From positions 2,048,001-2,112,000 of the forward strand of contig CAVTTL010000001.1 of assembly GCA_963737635.1 (NCBI GenBank): a stretch of 64,000 bases of DNA, written 5' to 3'. The translations under genes were made by a program, and so were the position numbers. Each line of letters starts with the position of its first letter. Within the stretch, counting starts at the first letter, position 1. This DNA comes from an uncultured Methanoregulaceae archaeon (GTDB lineage Archaea > Halobacteriota > Methanomicrobia > Methanomicrobiales > Methanospirillaceae). Below are positions 1 to 9,284 of this stretch, one piece after another. The notes under the pieces were generated by a model. It made no database searches and was not told the origin of the DNA. It saw only the letters and a program-made list of their open reading frames with translations.

Positions 1-1
1 T

Positions 2-742
2 GCCGGTGCCGGGGAATATTATCTTAAAAATCCCGATGACCTCGTCGCAGTCGTCAAGGCCCTGAAAGCGAAAAAAGTTACCGTCTCGGTCAAGATTCGC
101 GTGGGAGTGGCTGCCGATGACCGGGCGCTGGTCCGGGCACTCTGGAAGGCAGGCGCAGATATCCTCCACATCGATCTCATGGATGCAGGAATAGTGAAAC
201 TCCGGCAGATCCGGAACAGCTGCCCGCTCATCCTTATCGCAAACAATGCCATCACGACCTTTGACCGGATGCGGGAGATGCTCTCCCACGGTGCCGATCT
301 CGTCTCGCTTGCCCGGCAGTCAGATGTACCGACTCTTTCCGCGCTGGATGCTGCTATTACCCGGTACGCAGATGAAGAGGGCTGGTATAACTCCCCAAAA
401 CAGCTCTGCCGGGGAGGAGATGTCAGGGCGCTTACGTTCTGCTGCATGCCGGTAAAAGAGTGCCCGCTTATTCCTTCACTTTCCCGTATCGGCCTCTCAC
501 CGGAAGAGTATGTCCGGTTAAAACTGGATTCAGTAAAAGATACGCCCCTTGAAGGAGGCCCCAATACCTGTTTTGGCAGCCTTGCGTGGTGCTGCAAAAC
601 CTCTTCTCCTTGTATGTTCCGGGACATGACCCTTACGCAGGAGCGACTCTCAAAGAAAGAGTATATGCGCCGGAAACGCGAGCTTTCAGATACCATAATG
701 AGCCGTGTTTTCCATGACGTCACACCTGATGAGTCCGGTTGA
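2..742 (+). CDS. Methanogenesis marker 9 domain protein (Dus-like TIM-barrel N-terminus plus Cys-rich marker-9 C-terminus); 5'-partial
   Basis: Frame is open from window position 2. Contains VSVKIR and ILIANN..GADLVSLAR (Dus-like) and QLCRGGDVRALTFCCMPVKECP..TCFGSLAWCCK (marker 9). Confidence 0.85.
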   Translation, partial: AGAGEYYLKNPDDLVAVVKALKAKKVTVSVKIRVGVAADDRALVRALWKAGADILHIDLMDAGIVKLRQIRNSCPLILIANNAITTFDRMREMLSHGADLVSLARQSDVPTLSALDAAITRYADEEGWYNSPKQLCRGGDVRALTFCCMPVKECPLIPSLSRIGLSPEEYVRLKLDSVKDTPLEGGPNTCFGSLAWCCKTSSPCMFRDMTLTQERLSKKEYMRRKRELSDTIMSRVFHDVTPDESG

Positions 743-1535
743 ACGTGCACAGCTGGCGATGATGCTCGAGGTCACCGCATTCCCAAAGCCCGGGAACGTG
801 GACCGGTGCCACGATTATGCAGACACCCGGCTCGAACATTTTCTTGCGTCCGTCATCTTTGCCCGGCCCGCACTTGAAGAGGCGGCATCCGGGAAAGGGA
901 GGATCGGTGAGATCATCGGGCATGCAGTCCAGAAGACCAATGTGCACAGTGGCGGCAATACGCATTTTGGCGCGTTTATCCTTCTTATCCCACTCCTGTA
1001 CGGCGGCGATATCGAAGGTGCGAACAAGGCAGTGACCCGGACCGACGTCTCCGATGCGGTTGCGTTCTACAAGGCGTTTGCACTCACCCGGGTCCGGATG
1101 AATGAAAACGACGAGCTGGACGTGAACGATCCAAAGGTGCTTGACGAGCTCCGGGAACGCAACATGACTCTGTTTGATGTGATGCAGCATTCAGCGGCAC
1201 ATGACATGGTCGCCCGTGAATGGATCAATGGGTTTATGCTGACCCGGCGCGGTGCCGATATGCTTCACCAGATCGGCCCGGGCCGTGGGGCAATTGTCGA
1301 GATGTTCCTGACCCTCCTTGCGACCGAGCCCGATACCTTCATTATCAAAAAACACGACCGTGCGGTTGCGGAAGAAACTATGGCAAAAGCCCGCGATGTG
1401 CTCGACGGCCGGCGGGTTCTTGAAACATTTGATGCCGAATGTATCGAGACCGGCATCAACCCGGGTTCGATAGCGGATATTACGATCGCGGCTCTGTTTA
1501 TCGCGTTAGGTGAGGGATGGACATGGGACTCCTGA
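729..1535 (+). CDS. Triphosphoribosyl-dephospho-CoA synthase (CitG family), archaeal type
   Basis: LEVTAFPKPGNV, GGNTHFG and INPGSIADI motifs; overlaps the upstream stop. Confidence 0.85.
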   Translation: MSPVERAQLAMMLEVTAFPKPGNVDRCHDYADTRLEHFLASVIFARPALEEAASGKGRIGEIIGHAVQKTNVHSGGNTHFGAFILLIPLLYGGDIEGANKAVTRTDVSDAVAFYKAFALTRVRMNENDELDVNDPKVLDELRERNMTLFDVMQHSAAHDMVAREWINGFMLTRRGADMLHQIGPGRGAIVEMFLTLLATEPDTFIIKKHDRAVAEETMAKARDVLDGRRVLETFDAECIETGINPGSIADITIAALFIALGEGWTWDS

Positions 1536-2088
1536 AAAGCGGCATTAACGAAGTGATTGCCACAACCGCATTGAACGCGGCGCCTATCGGCATCCACTTC
1601 CGGGACAATAGGGCGAGTATGATCCTGTTCCCCGGCAGTCATACCGCCGAGAATATCGTACGCGATGGCTGGGTGGTGGCAAATATCCTCTTCGATCCCC
1701 TGCTGTATGTGCGGACCGCATTTGAGGACCTTACGCCCGATGCGTTTGTAGAAGAGCCGTGTCGGGCAGATCAATGTACCGGCTTGCCGGGGCCGAGGCC
1801 TGGATTGCGTTCACCGCGCAGGTCGAGAGCAACTCTACCGGGGCACTGACGGTCCGGCTGACACAGGAAAAAGCGATTATCGAGACGGTGGCAATCCACC
1901 CGGTGAACCGGGGGTTCAACAGCATCATCGATGCGACTGTTTACGCGACCCGGTACCGGGAGAACCGGGACCCGGATCTGAAAAAGCTGATCGAGTACCA
2001 TGCGGGCCTCGTACGAAAATGTGGCGGGAAAAAAGAACTTGAAGCACTTGGGGTGCTGATGAAGTATATCAGCGATGCCGCCACGTGA
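1523..2088 (+). CDS. DUF447 family protein, split by one frameshift near 1757
   Basis: GINEVIATT..NAAPIG..SHTAEN in one frame continues as HPVNRGFNSIIDATVYATR..KCGG in ORF 1759..2088. Confidence 0.8.
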
Positions 2089-2319
2089 AGGATCATTGTT
2101 CTCATCATCCGATACGGGAATAGTCAACGAGATAAAGGGCCCTTGGAGTAAGGATGAAATGGGGTATAGTTCTCCCATACCGCAGGGATAGTCAAAACCG
2201 GGCGATTCGGGCACCAGCCGAGATACCATCTGATTATGGTAGTGATGTGCATTTCCCTCTCTCCTCATTTCAGGTCTTGTGTGTTTTGGTTGTCGTTCTA
2301 AAGCGAGTCAGATCATTTT

Positions 2320-2850
2320 TCAAACGGTATACTCACGCTCTGTAACGTCCACGGCGTTGCCTGACTGGTCGCTCATCTTGAATGCAGCCATGAGCGCCTG
2401 GTAGGCATCCTCTCCCTGAAGGGAACCCGGGCCGCTGATCGTAAAGAGCATCATGCTATTATCCCCTGAATTAGGGGACTGCATTTTCACGTTCTCTCCG
2501 TCGAGCCCCAGCGGGAAACTGCCGTCCTTGCCGGGATGTTCTATTACCAGCCAGTATGTTCCTGACGGCAGGGCCGTGGAAAACGTTAATTTACCGGTGG
2601 TATCTTCTGTTGCCGGCAGCCGTGCGACAAAGTGTTTCAATCCTGTATTGTCCACTTGGAATGCCCAGACTGCGACATTCTGGGATGGAGGAGAGAGCAT
2701 AAGCAGGGCCGCTGCCGGTATGGCCAGTATACAGATGATGGCAATGATATAAATTCCACGTCCTATCTTCACCGGAGGTGCGACAGTAACCCTATGGTTC
2801 GGGCACCAGCCCAACCACCCACGTATGACATCAGATACTCGTGTAATCAT
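2320..2850 (-). CDS. Single-pass membrane protein with N-terminal IRGWLGWCP motif (resembles DUF1673-type N-termini)
   Basis: GWCP motif, one TM helix (IYIIAIICILAIPAAALLML), then a ~120-aa putative extracellular domain; ATGA overlap with the upstream regulator. Confidence 0.7.
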   Translation of the reverse strand: MITRVSDVIRGWLGWCPNHRVTVAPPVKIGRGIYIIAIICILAIPAAALLMLSPPSQNVAVWAFQVDNTGLKHFVARLPATEDTTGKLTFSTALPSGTYWLVIEHPGKDGSFPLGLDGENVKMQSPNSGDNSMMLFTISGPGSLQGEDAYQALMAAFKMSDQSGNAVDVTEREYTV

Positions 2851-3293
2851 ACCATCGCCTTCACTTTCATAAAAAGTTCATCAGCCATCTTTGTTGGATC
2901 CGCAGTTTTCTCAATTTTAAAGCCCAGTTCATTTGCATAATTCCAGAGCAGTTCGATGCACTCGGTGTACCTCTGGCATGTACCGCAGTCGCCATCATGC
3001 TCGTACCAGACCTGCACGCCGTACTTCTCTGAGACAAATATGATCGCTGCGGTCTGGAAGGGGATCGAACGGCCGATAAGAATTCCCCGTTCAGCGTTGA
3101 TCTTATCGATTGAGATCTGGTTTGCATTCGCCATCTCGCGGAGTGCCGATTCGATCTTCCCGTCCATGACAAGGAGGGCTTTGGATACAGCCTGCCGTGA
3201 AATGCCCAGAAGGTTGGCGATGGTAATATTGGGAGTGCCGCTGCGCCGCATCTTCCAGAATGCGAATTGTTTTTCATCCATGGGCAGAAGCAT
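2847..3293 (-). CDS. Uncharacterised HTH DNA-binding protein with C-terminal CxxC-x5-C cluster
   Basis: NITIANLLGISRQAVSKAL helix-turn-helix; WYEHDGDCGTCQRYTEC; TATA about 25 nt upstream of ATG (leaderless). Confidence 0.8.
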   Translation of the reverse strand: MLLPMDEKQFAFWKMRRSGTPNITIANLLGISRQAVSKALLVMDGKIESALREMANANQISIDKINAERGILIGRSIPFQTAAIIFVSEKYGVQVWYEHDGDCGTCQRYTECIELLWNYANELGFKIEKTADPTKMADELFMKVKAMV

Positions 3294-3295
3294 AA

Positions 3296-3330
3296 GTCAA
3301 CATATGCAGGTTGACCATATAAATTTTCTT
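3296..3330 (-). promoter_or_regulatory. BRE/TATA plus palindromic operator GTCAAC-N8-GTTGAC (3296-3315)
   Basis: Minus strand reads AAGAAAATTTATATG-GTCAAC-ctgcatat-GTTGAC-tt-ATG(3293). Confidence 0.75.
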
Positions 3331-3469
3331 GAAAATAATAGATGTTCACTAAACTGCATTCTTACTGGACACGGTGCGGGCTAAAAAAGATTGTTCCCCT
3401 CATACTATTCCTGATAGAAAACCCATACCTACTCTGATCTTTAGTCTCAAGGAAAAAAGAGAGGCGCGA

Positions 3470-4558
3470 TCAATTGTGGTGGAAGTAGTTTAACACGAGC
3501 AAGGTTCCGTTTTGCGCATCGACCCACCCATCTTCCGGGACGGGGAATTCCTGTGCCCGGATTGTTTTATCATCGAACCGGACATCCCAAGCAAGAGGGA
3601 TGACGCCAGGCTCCGGGGTGAATTTGTCCTGATTGTAGATATCCATCCACCGGAGATCCGCAGATACGATCCTGAAACTGTCAGCCGATCCCGGATAACA
3701 TGCCTCGGCTTCCTGTTCAACAAGTGCTATTGCCGCGTCCCGGGAAATGGCCGGGACGGTTTGGGCCGCGACTGCATTCTCCGGAACGTACCATGTCTTC
3801 ATGTAAGAAGTGACATTACCGGTTTCTGAATCGACAGCAATGATAATGCCATCTTTGTAACAGGGAACACCATCGATGATCCTGCTATATGTAAAGAAAT
3901 AGCTGCCATCCTGAACTTTTGAATCTGTCAACTGCAGAGGAATCTCGCCATTCCGTTCCCGGATCTCGTTTTCCGCAGTCGCCCGTGCACTATCATTGGT
4001 GGTGGGGTTGGAGTTCCCCTGCTTTTCTATCACCAGGGGATTATTAACATTATAATTCATCAGATCGCCGGTATCTGCATAAAGGCTGCCAAGGACAAGT
4101 TCCTGATTGTCCTTGTACAGGACGAAGTTCCATGCCCGTACGTATTGAGACCCGTTAGAGAACTCCATGTCGACGCGGTCGGGGGAATATTGCGGGAACG
4201 CCTTTCTGGCAAAATCATCTGCCTGTTCGATCGTTATGTTTGCATCCTTTTTTCCGACAGGAGAAGAATAGTTTCCCGCTGATTCAGCAGTGAATACCGT
4301 TGTATCGTAATAGGTGAACCCGTCTATATCCGGGACGTTTACATCTTTAACCGGGACCATGTCACATTGGTTCACGACTTTTCCGGGGTTACTTGCCATA
4401 GTTGTTACCGGAGCAGACAGATTCGCCTGAATGCCGGTATCGGACTGGACTGGTTGATCGGTATCATGGCTGTTCAGTACAGTAAGAACGATGATCCCTG
4501 TTGCAATGATGACTAGCACTGCCACAGCAATTACAGATGCAGGGATTTTCTGTGCCAT
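3470..4558 (-). CDS. Membrane-anchored extracellular protein with PepSY/YcdB-like repeats
   Basis: N-terminal TM anchor; YFFTYSRIIDGVPCYKDGIIIAVDSETGNV, PAISRDAAIA and LAWDVRF..VDAQNGTLL motifs. Confidence 0.75.
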   Translation of the reverse strand: MAQKIPASVIAVAVLVIIATGIIVLTVLNSHDTDQPVQSDTGIQANLSAPVTTMASNPGKVVNQCDMVPVKDVNVPDIDGFTYYDTTVFTAESAGNYSSPVGKKDANITIEQADDFARKAFPQYSPDRVDMEFSNGSQYVRAWNFVLYKDNQELVLGSLYADTGDLMNYNVNNPLVIEKQGNSNPTTNDSARATAENEIRERNGEIPLQLTDSKVQDGSYFFTYSRIIDGVPCYKDGIIIAVDSETGNVTSYMKTWYVPENAVAAQTVPAISRDAAIALVEQEAEACYPGSADSFRIVSADLRWMDIYNQDKFTPEPGVIPLAWDVRFDDKTIRAQEFPVPEDGWVDAQNGTLLVLNYFHHN

Positions 4559-4562
4559 GTTG

Positions 4563-4787
4563 TCAGTCCTCACCGCGGGTAGCCAGAAGCGTGGATGTAT
4601 TGTCACCCGCTTCTGCCGGGCCCCCACCGACCAATCCTGCTACCGGAACCATAGTAATCAAAATGAACAGACAAAATGCTACAAGAGCAAACAGTTTTTT
4701 TCCGCAAATATTCACTGAGCCTTTCTTCTTCATCGAGGAAATAAGTGCCCGGAATCCGAATTGCCTGTCATTCGTTATCAGGAACAT
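4563..4787 (-). CDS. Small chimeric ORF: regulator-like first ~13 codons followed by a signal-peptide-like segment; possibly a relic
   Basis: MFLITNDRQFGF resembles MLLPMDEKQFAF of the 3293 gene; then MKKKG..LFALVAFCLFILITMVPVAG; stop lies 4 nt before the next ATG. Confidence 0.45.
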   Translation of the reverse strand: MFLITNDRQFGFRALISSMKKKGSVNICGKKLFALVAFCLFILITMVPVAGLVGGGPAEAGDNTSTLLATRGED

Positions 4788-4789
4788 AT

Positions 4790-4824
4790 GTCAACGTATA
4801 CGTGTTGACTATATAATAGTTTTC
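4790..4824 (-). promoter_or_regulatory. BRE/TATA plus second copy of operator GTCAAC-N8-GTTGAC (4790-4809)
   Basis: Minus strand reads GAAAACTATTATATA-GTCAAC-acgtatac-GTTGAC-at-ATG(4787); same spacing as the 3296 site. Confidence 0.75.
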
Positions 4825-4941
4825 AAATTCGATTCCGATAACAGGACTGCGTAAAGAAAATCGATGAAAAAGAATTTTCCTGACTTATAGCAAGGAGAAA
4901 TTATTCCACGTTCTGACAAGGTATCAGAGCTTCGGAATGTA

Positions 4942-5937
4942 TCAGCACACCCGGGGCACAGGGTCGCCCATAGGAGGTTCAATGAATCGCTCGCCCCCGA
5001 TCGCTGTCTCCATGATCACGTGGGACCCGTTGACAACCCTTCCTACAATCGCGGCGTCCTTCCCGTACCGGTGTGAGCGGAGTGCGGCGAGGATCGCATC
5101 CGCATCGGCAGCAGGCACTCCCATTACCACTTTGCCTTCATTTGCCACTTCGAGCGGGTCGATGCCAAGCATACCGGCGGCACTTTTGACGCTTCTGCGA
5201 ACCGGGATGTGTTCCTCCTCGATCCTGACCTGCACATGGCCCTTTTTTGCCATCTCGTTGATGGCACTGGCAAACCCCCCCCGGGTCGGGTCTTTCATCG
5301 CGTGGATGGTACCGGCATCAAGGACACCTTCCATCATGCCCCAGAGCGGCGAAACATCGGACAGGATCTGTTCACCCAAGTCAAAGCCCTCGCGGTGGGC
5401 CATGATCGCAATACCATGATCGCCAAGGGTTCCTGAGACAATGATTACATCCCCGGGAACAAGGCCGTTGTCCCGCACGATGGTCTTTGCAACGCCGATC
5501 CCGGCGGTGTTGATCACAATCCCGTCAAGCGAGCATCGCTCGACAACTTTGGTGTCTCCCGTGACCATGCTTGCCCCGGCTTCCCCAAGCGCCTCATCCA
5601 TAGAGCAGACAATACGTTCGAGATAGGCGATATCAAAGCCTTCCTCGATAATCATCCCGCAGGAAAGTGCGATGGGGCGCCCACCCATCATGGTAAGGTC
5701 GTTTACCGTCCCGCACACGGCGATCCTGCCAATGTCGCCTCCCGGGAAAAAGATCGGGCGAACGACATGGGAGTCCGTCGTAAAGACGATGTTGGTACCA
5801 TTGACCGGAATCACGGCCCCGTCGTCAAGGGACTCAAGCCCTATACCACCGGCATTGTTGTGGGAGAATTTCGTGAGCGTCTGCAGGAGCTCGCCCATGA
5901 CCTCTCCCCCGGCGCCATGCATCAGGTTGACTTTCAT
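4942..5937 (-). CDS. hypE: Hydrogenase maturation protein HypE
   Basis: HGAGG, FTTDSHVV, FFPGGDIG, DPTRGG, ANEGK and terminal PRVC. Confidence 0.97.
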   Translation of the reverse strand: MKVNLMHGAGGEVMGELLQTLTKFSHNNAGGIGLESLDDGAVIPVNGTNIVFTTDSHVVRPIFFPGGDIGRIAVCGTVNDLTMMGGRPIALSCGMIIEEGFDIAYLERIVCSMDEALGEAGASMVTGDTKVVERCSLDGIVINTAGIGVAKTIVRDNGLVPGDVIIVSGTLGDHGIAIMAHREGFDLGEQILSDVSPLWGMMEGVLDAGTIHAMKDPTRGGFASAINEMAKKGHVQVRIEEEHIPVRRSVKSAAGMLGIDPLEVANEGKVVMGVPAADADAILAALRSHRYGKDAAIVGRVVNGSHVIMETAIGGERFIEPPMGDPVPRVC

Positions 5938-6281
5938 GGGGAGTCAGCCACCTCGATCTCGACATTGGTAACGACAATTTCGCGACCACGCACGACTTCC
6001 GGCAGCTTGCCGCAGCGGGGACAGATATAAATTTCGTTTCCTTCATACCCGCAGGGACATTTCGTTTCCGGTTCTACTTCAGTGCAATCGAGAACTGCTG
6101 CGGTAAAGAGCGGGTCGTCCTCTTTTATCGTATCAAACAAAAATATCACCTGTTCGGGATTGACCATGGCCATCTTTCCTACATCGACCCGGATCTTTTT
6201 TACCTGTGTGGCATGGTGATCGAGTGCTGCTTTTTTAGCGGTTGCATACAGGTCGTAGGCGATGCTGTATTCGTGCATCAC
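5934..6281 (-). CDS. hypA: Hydrogenase nickel metallochaperone HypA
   Basis: N-terminal MHEYSIA; CPCG and CPRCG zinc motifs; GREIVV. Confidence 0.95.
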   Translation of the reverse strand: MMHEYSIAYDLYATAKKAALDHHATQVKKIRVDVGKMAMVNPEQVIFLFDTIKEDDPLFTAAVLDCTEVEPETKCPCGYEGNEIYICPRCGKLPEVVRGREIVVTNVEIEVADSP

Positions 6282-6502
6282 TCCTCCAGCGCGGCATAGA
6301 CCTGCCTGAAGATCTCCCTCGTCTCCAAGCCGTCCTCGCGGGAGAGGCGCTGGATCGCAAACCCCACGTGAACGAGCACGAACTCTCCGATCTTGACATC
6401 AACGAGATCGAGCCGGACCTCCTGTTTGAGGTCGCCATAGTCCACGACCCCGATATTCCCCTCTTTGATCTCCAGAACTTCCGCAGGAACTGCAACGCAC
6501 AT
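6278..6502 (-). CDS. hypC: Hydrogenase chaperone HypC
   Basis: MCVAVPA start; GEFVLVHVGFAI. Confidence 0.96.
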   Translation of the reverse strand: MCVAVPAEVLEIKEGNIGVVDYGDLKQEVRLDLVDVKIGEFVLVHVGFAIQRLSREDGLETREIFRQVYAALEE

Positions 6503-6662
6503 CGATGATCCACACCAGTATTCGGTTATGTACTATAGATTTTTCATCTTCATAAAAACAGTGATATGGTTATTGGAGCCGTTGTCCCTTTATCCCGGTG
6601 CAGTGATAGTGATACAGCATAGGAAGATCGTAGCCGGAAAAGAGGAGAAACAGCGCTGATTA

Positions 6663-6747
6663 CGCCGGGGAAGAGATTTGAACTCTTGAGGTGCAGGGCA
6701 CCAGTGGCTTTCAAGGCCACCGCCTTACCGGACTAGACTACCCCGGC
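6663..6747 (-). tRNA. tRNA-Ser(TGA), long variable arm, CCA not encoded
   Basis: Reverse complement GCCGGGGTAGTCTAGTCCGGTAAGGCG-GTGGC-CTTGAAA-GCCAC-TGGTGCCCTGCACCTC-AAGAG-TTCAAAT-CTCTT-CCCCGGCG folds as a cloverleaf. Confidence 0.95.
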
Positions 6748-6874
6748 ATGTGTTTCTACTCTTTTGGCGGTGCAATATAAAAAAGGCTTCTTTACCTGAT
6801 GTTTGCAGTTCTTTTATTTGTAAGGAAGTGTGGTTCACCCAGACGATCTTCTTCATCTATGTAGAGGATCAAGT

Positions 6875-7873
6875 ATGTGGCTGGCAATGAATCCCGAAAA
6901 CCAGAAAAAACCGATCGCGTGCTGGCGTGGCAAGGAGCGGTATAACGGCGGGGTGCTCGAATGCCTGACGATTATCTTTGAGTCCGGCGGTTGTTCGTGG
7001 GCACGGTGCCGGATGTGCAGTTACCGGTTCGAAAGGTTCAGGACACAGACCTGCGGGGAACTTGCCGGGCATCTGTGTGCCCAGCTGGCCTGGGTGCGGT
7101 CGCAGTTCAGTCTTGACGAGTTTTCGATGATCAAGATCTTCACGTCGGGAAGTTTTTTCGATCCGGAAGAAGTTCCTTTAGCATTCCAGAACGAGGTTGC
7201 ACAGGTGTTCCGGGGAAAAATTGTTATCGCCGAGAGCAGGCCGGAATATGTCACCTGCGAGACCATCGAACCTTTTCTCGCCGAACTTGACGATGGTACT
7301 CACGCAACGCCTCTCTATTGTGCTATTGGCCTTGAAACAACAAGCGATCCTATCCGGGAGAAATGCATCAACAAAGGGTTCACCTACGCGGATTTTGCCA
7401 AGGCCGCAGCGACTGCCCATGCTGTTGGGGCCGGGGTAAAGGCATATCTCCTTTTCAAGCCGCTGTTCCTTACTGAAGCCGAGGCTGTAGCCGACATGAA
7501 ATCATCGCTCGCAGAACTCTCCGGGCATGCGGAGATGGTCTCGATGAATCCCTGTACGGTCCAGAAAAGGACTGAACTTGAACTGTACTGGCGACGAGGA
7601 GAATACCGGCCTCCGTATTTGTGGAGTGTTCTTTCAATTCTAAAAGATGCACCGGTTCACGTGACCTGTGATCCTCTAGGCGGAGGCCAGAAACGGGGAC
7701 CGCACAACTGCGGGACGTGCGATTATGAGATCACCCGGGGGATACGGGACTATTCCCTTACGGCAGATCGCGATCTTATCAGTGCACTGCTCGATATGGA
7801 CTGTGGATGCAAGAACGAGTGGGAGTTCGTGCTCGCCCGGGAGCAACCGTATTGCATGCCACTTACGAGATGA
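6875..7873 (+). CDS. Archaeosine biosynthesis radical SAM protein RaSEA (TIGR01210 type)
   Basis: GCSWARCRMCSY, KIFTSGSFFD, ESRPEY, IGLET, YRPPYLWS and RGPHNCG; start codon uncertain (6875 or 6887). Confidence 0.88.
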   Translation: MWLAMNPENQKKPIACWRGKERYNGGVLECLTIIFESGGCSWARCRMCSYRFERFRTQTCGELAGHLCAQLAWVRSQFSLDEFSMIKIFTSGSFFDPEEVPLAFQNEVAQVFRGKIVIAESRPEYVTCETIEPFLAELDDGTHATPLYCAIGLETTSDPIREKCINKGFTYADFAKAAATAHAVGAGVKAYLLFKPLFLTEAEAVADMKSSLAELSGHAEMVSMNPCTVQKRTELELYWRRGEYRPPYLWSVLSILKDAPVHVTCDPLGGGQKRGPHNCGTCDYEITRGIRDYSLTADRDLISALLDMDCGCKNEWEFVLAREQPYCMPLTR

Positions 7874-7930
7874 GCATTCTCATAAATTTATCTAAAAAAG
7901 AGATTTGGGCTTTTCCAAAGAACAATCTTC

Positions 7931-9166
7931 CTACTTTTTCCCTCTGCTTTGTTTCTCGATCTGTTCGGCAAGGAGGGGGAAGAATGTCCCTGCATCGGAA
8001 ACAATCCCAATCGCCTGCGTTGTGCCCCGGTCCATCAGTTTTGTTACGGATGCGGGATTGATATCCACACACACGGTCTTGACACCGGATGGCAGACAGT
8101 TCCCAACCGCTATCGAGTGCAGGAGGGTTGCGACCATCAGGACCATTTTGCACCCGGGGACGTACTTGCGCATCTCATCCTGTGCCACCATGGTGTCCTG
8201 GATCACATCGGGCAGGGGGCCGTCATCCCTGATCGAACCTGCGAGTACGAACGGGACGTTGTGCTTAATGCACTCGTACATGATACCACCCGTGAGGACA
8301 CCCTGATCAACCGCATCTTTCAGGGAACCAACCCGCATAATCTCGCTGATCGCATAAATATGGTGGCGGTGCCCGCCCATAACCGGTTTTCCAGTCTTCA
8401 TGTCCATCCCCAGCGATGTGCCAAAGAGGTTGCACTCAACATCGTGGGTTGCAAGTGCGTTGCCGGCAAAAAGGACGTTAATATACCCTTTCCGGATCAT
8501 CTCTGCTACGGCTTTGTCCGCGCCGGTGTGGATGATCGCAGGACCTCCCACGAGAATGATCTTTCCCCCGGTCCGGTGAACCTCCAGCAGTTCTTTTGCG
8601 ATCTGGGCAATAAGGGCCTCACTGGGCCGTTCTGATGAAACGGTACCATGCATAAACTCAAATGTGCTGCTGGTACGGGGGCGGGCGGGATAGCTCACCA
8701 TCACGCCCTCTTCACCCACAACCACAAGGTCGCCTTTCCGGATCTTTCCAAGGGGGGTGCACCGGGCCTTCTTTTTCTCCGGATCGACAACAATCAGGAA
8801 ATCCATTTCGATGTCATCGACGGCGACCCATTCATCCGCAAGCCTGACCTGGGTCGGGTGATTGGTGGTGGTATAGAATTCCCGGGGGACATTCCGGTCG
8901 GCAGCTGCGGGGACGTAATGGACCGATTCCACGGGAGGCAGGCGGGCACCAAGCCGGTGGAGTTCCGAAAGGATGGACCGCAGCTTTTCCTTATCGTGGG
9001 CTATAATTTTCAGGCGGGCATAGCTGGGATCGGTCTTTTTCTTACCGACGTCAAAAACGAGGATCTCAAAATTCCCCCCCATATCCATAACCCGGTCGAA
9101 GAGCTGGGTCATAATACCCGAATCAATGATATGACCCTGCAGCTCGATCTCCTGTGACTCCACCAT
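7931..9166 (-). CDS. TIGR00300 family / LOR-SDH conserved-domain protein (archaeal ornithine cyclodeaminase type)
   Basis: EIELQGHIIDS, FYTTTNHPT, VSSERP, AGNALATHD, LAGSIRDDGPLPD and KLMDRGT. Confidence 0.88.
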   Translation of the reverse strand: MVESQEIELQGHIIDSGIMTQLFDRVMDMGGNFEILVFDVGKKKTDPSYARLKIIAHDKEKLRSILSELHRLGARLPPVESVHYVPAAADRNVPREFYTTTNHPTQVRLADEWVAVDDIEMDFLIVVDPEKKKARCTPLGKIRKGDLVVVGEEGVMVSYPARPRTSSTFEFMHGTVSSERPSEALIAQIAKELLEVHRTGGKIILVGGPAIIHTGADKAVAEMIRKGYINVLFAGNALATHDVECNLFGTSLGMDMKTGKPVMGGHRHHIYAISEIMRVGSLKDAVDQGVLTGGIMYECIKHNVPFVLAGSIRDDGPLPDVIQDTMVAQDEMRKYVPGCKMVLMVATLLHSIAVGNCLPSGVKTVCVDINPASVTKLMDRGTTQAIGIVSDAGTFFPLLAEQIEKQSRGKK

Positions 9167-9284
9167 GATACCGATATATTAACCCCGCACCTTAATATTC
9201 ATTCGTACTAAATACGGCAGGATTTGCCTTTTTTCGGGTGTAACGGCACGGATTGGGGCCAGTTAATGTGGGAATATGATGATT

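Noticed and set aside
19-750. 243-aa minus-strand ORF
   Set aside because: Antisense shadow of the marker-9 gene; no recognisable motifs.
6500-6830. tRNA-Ser as an integration site
   Set aside because: No integrase and no duplicated tRNA 3' end seen in the window.
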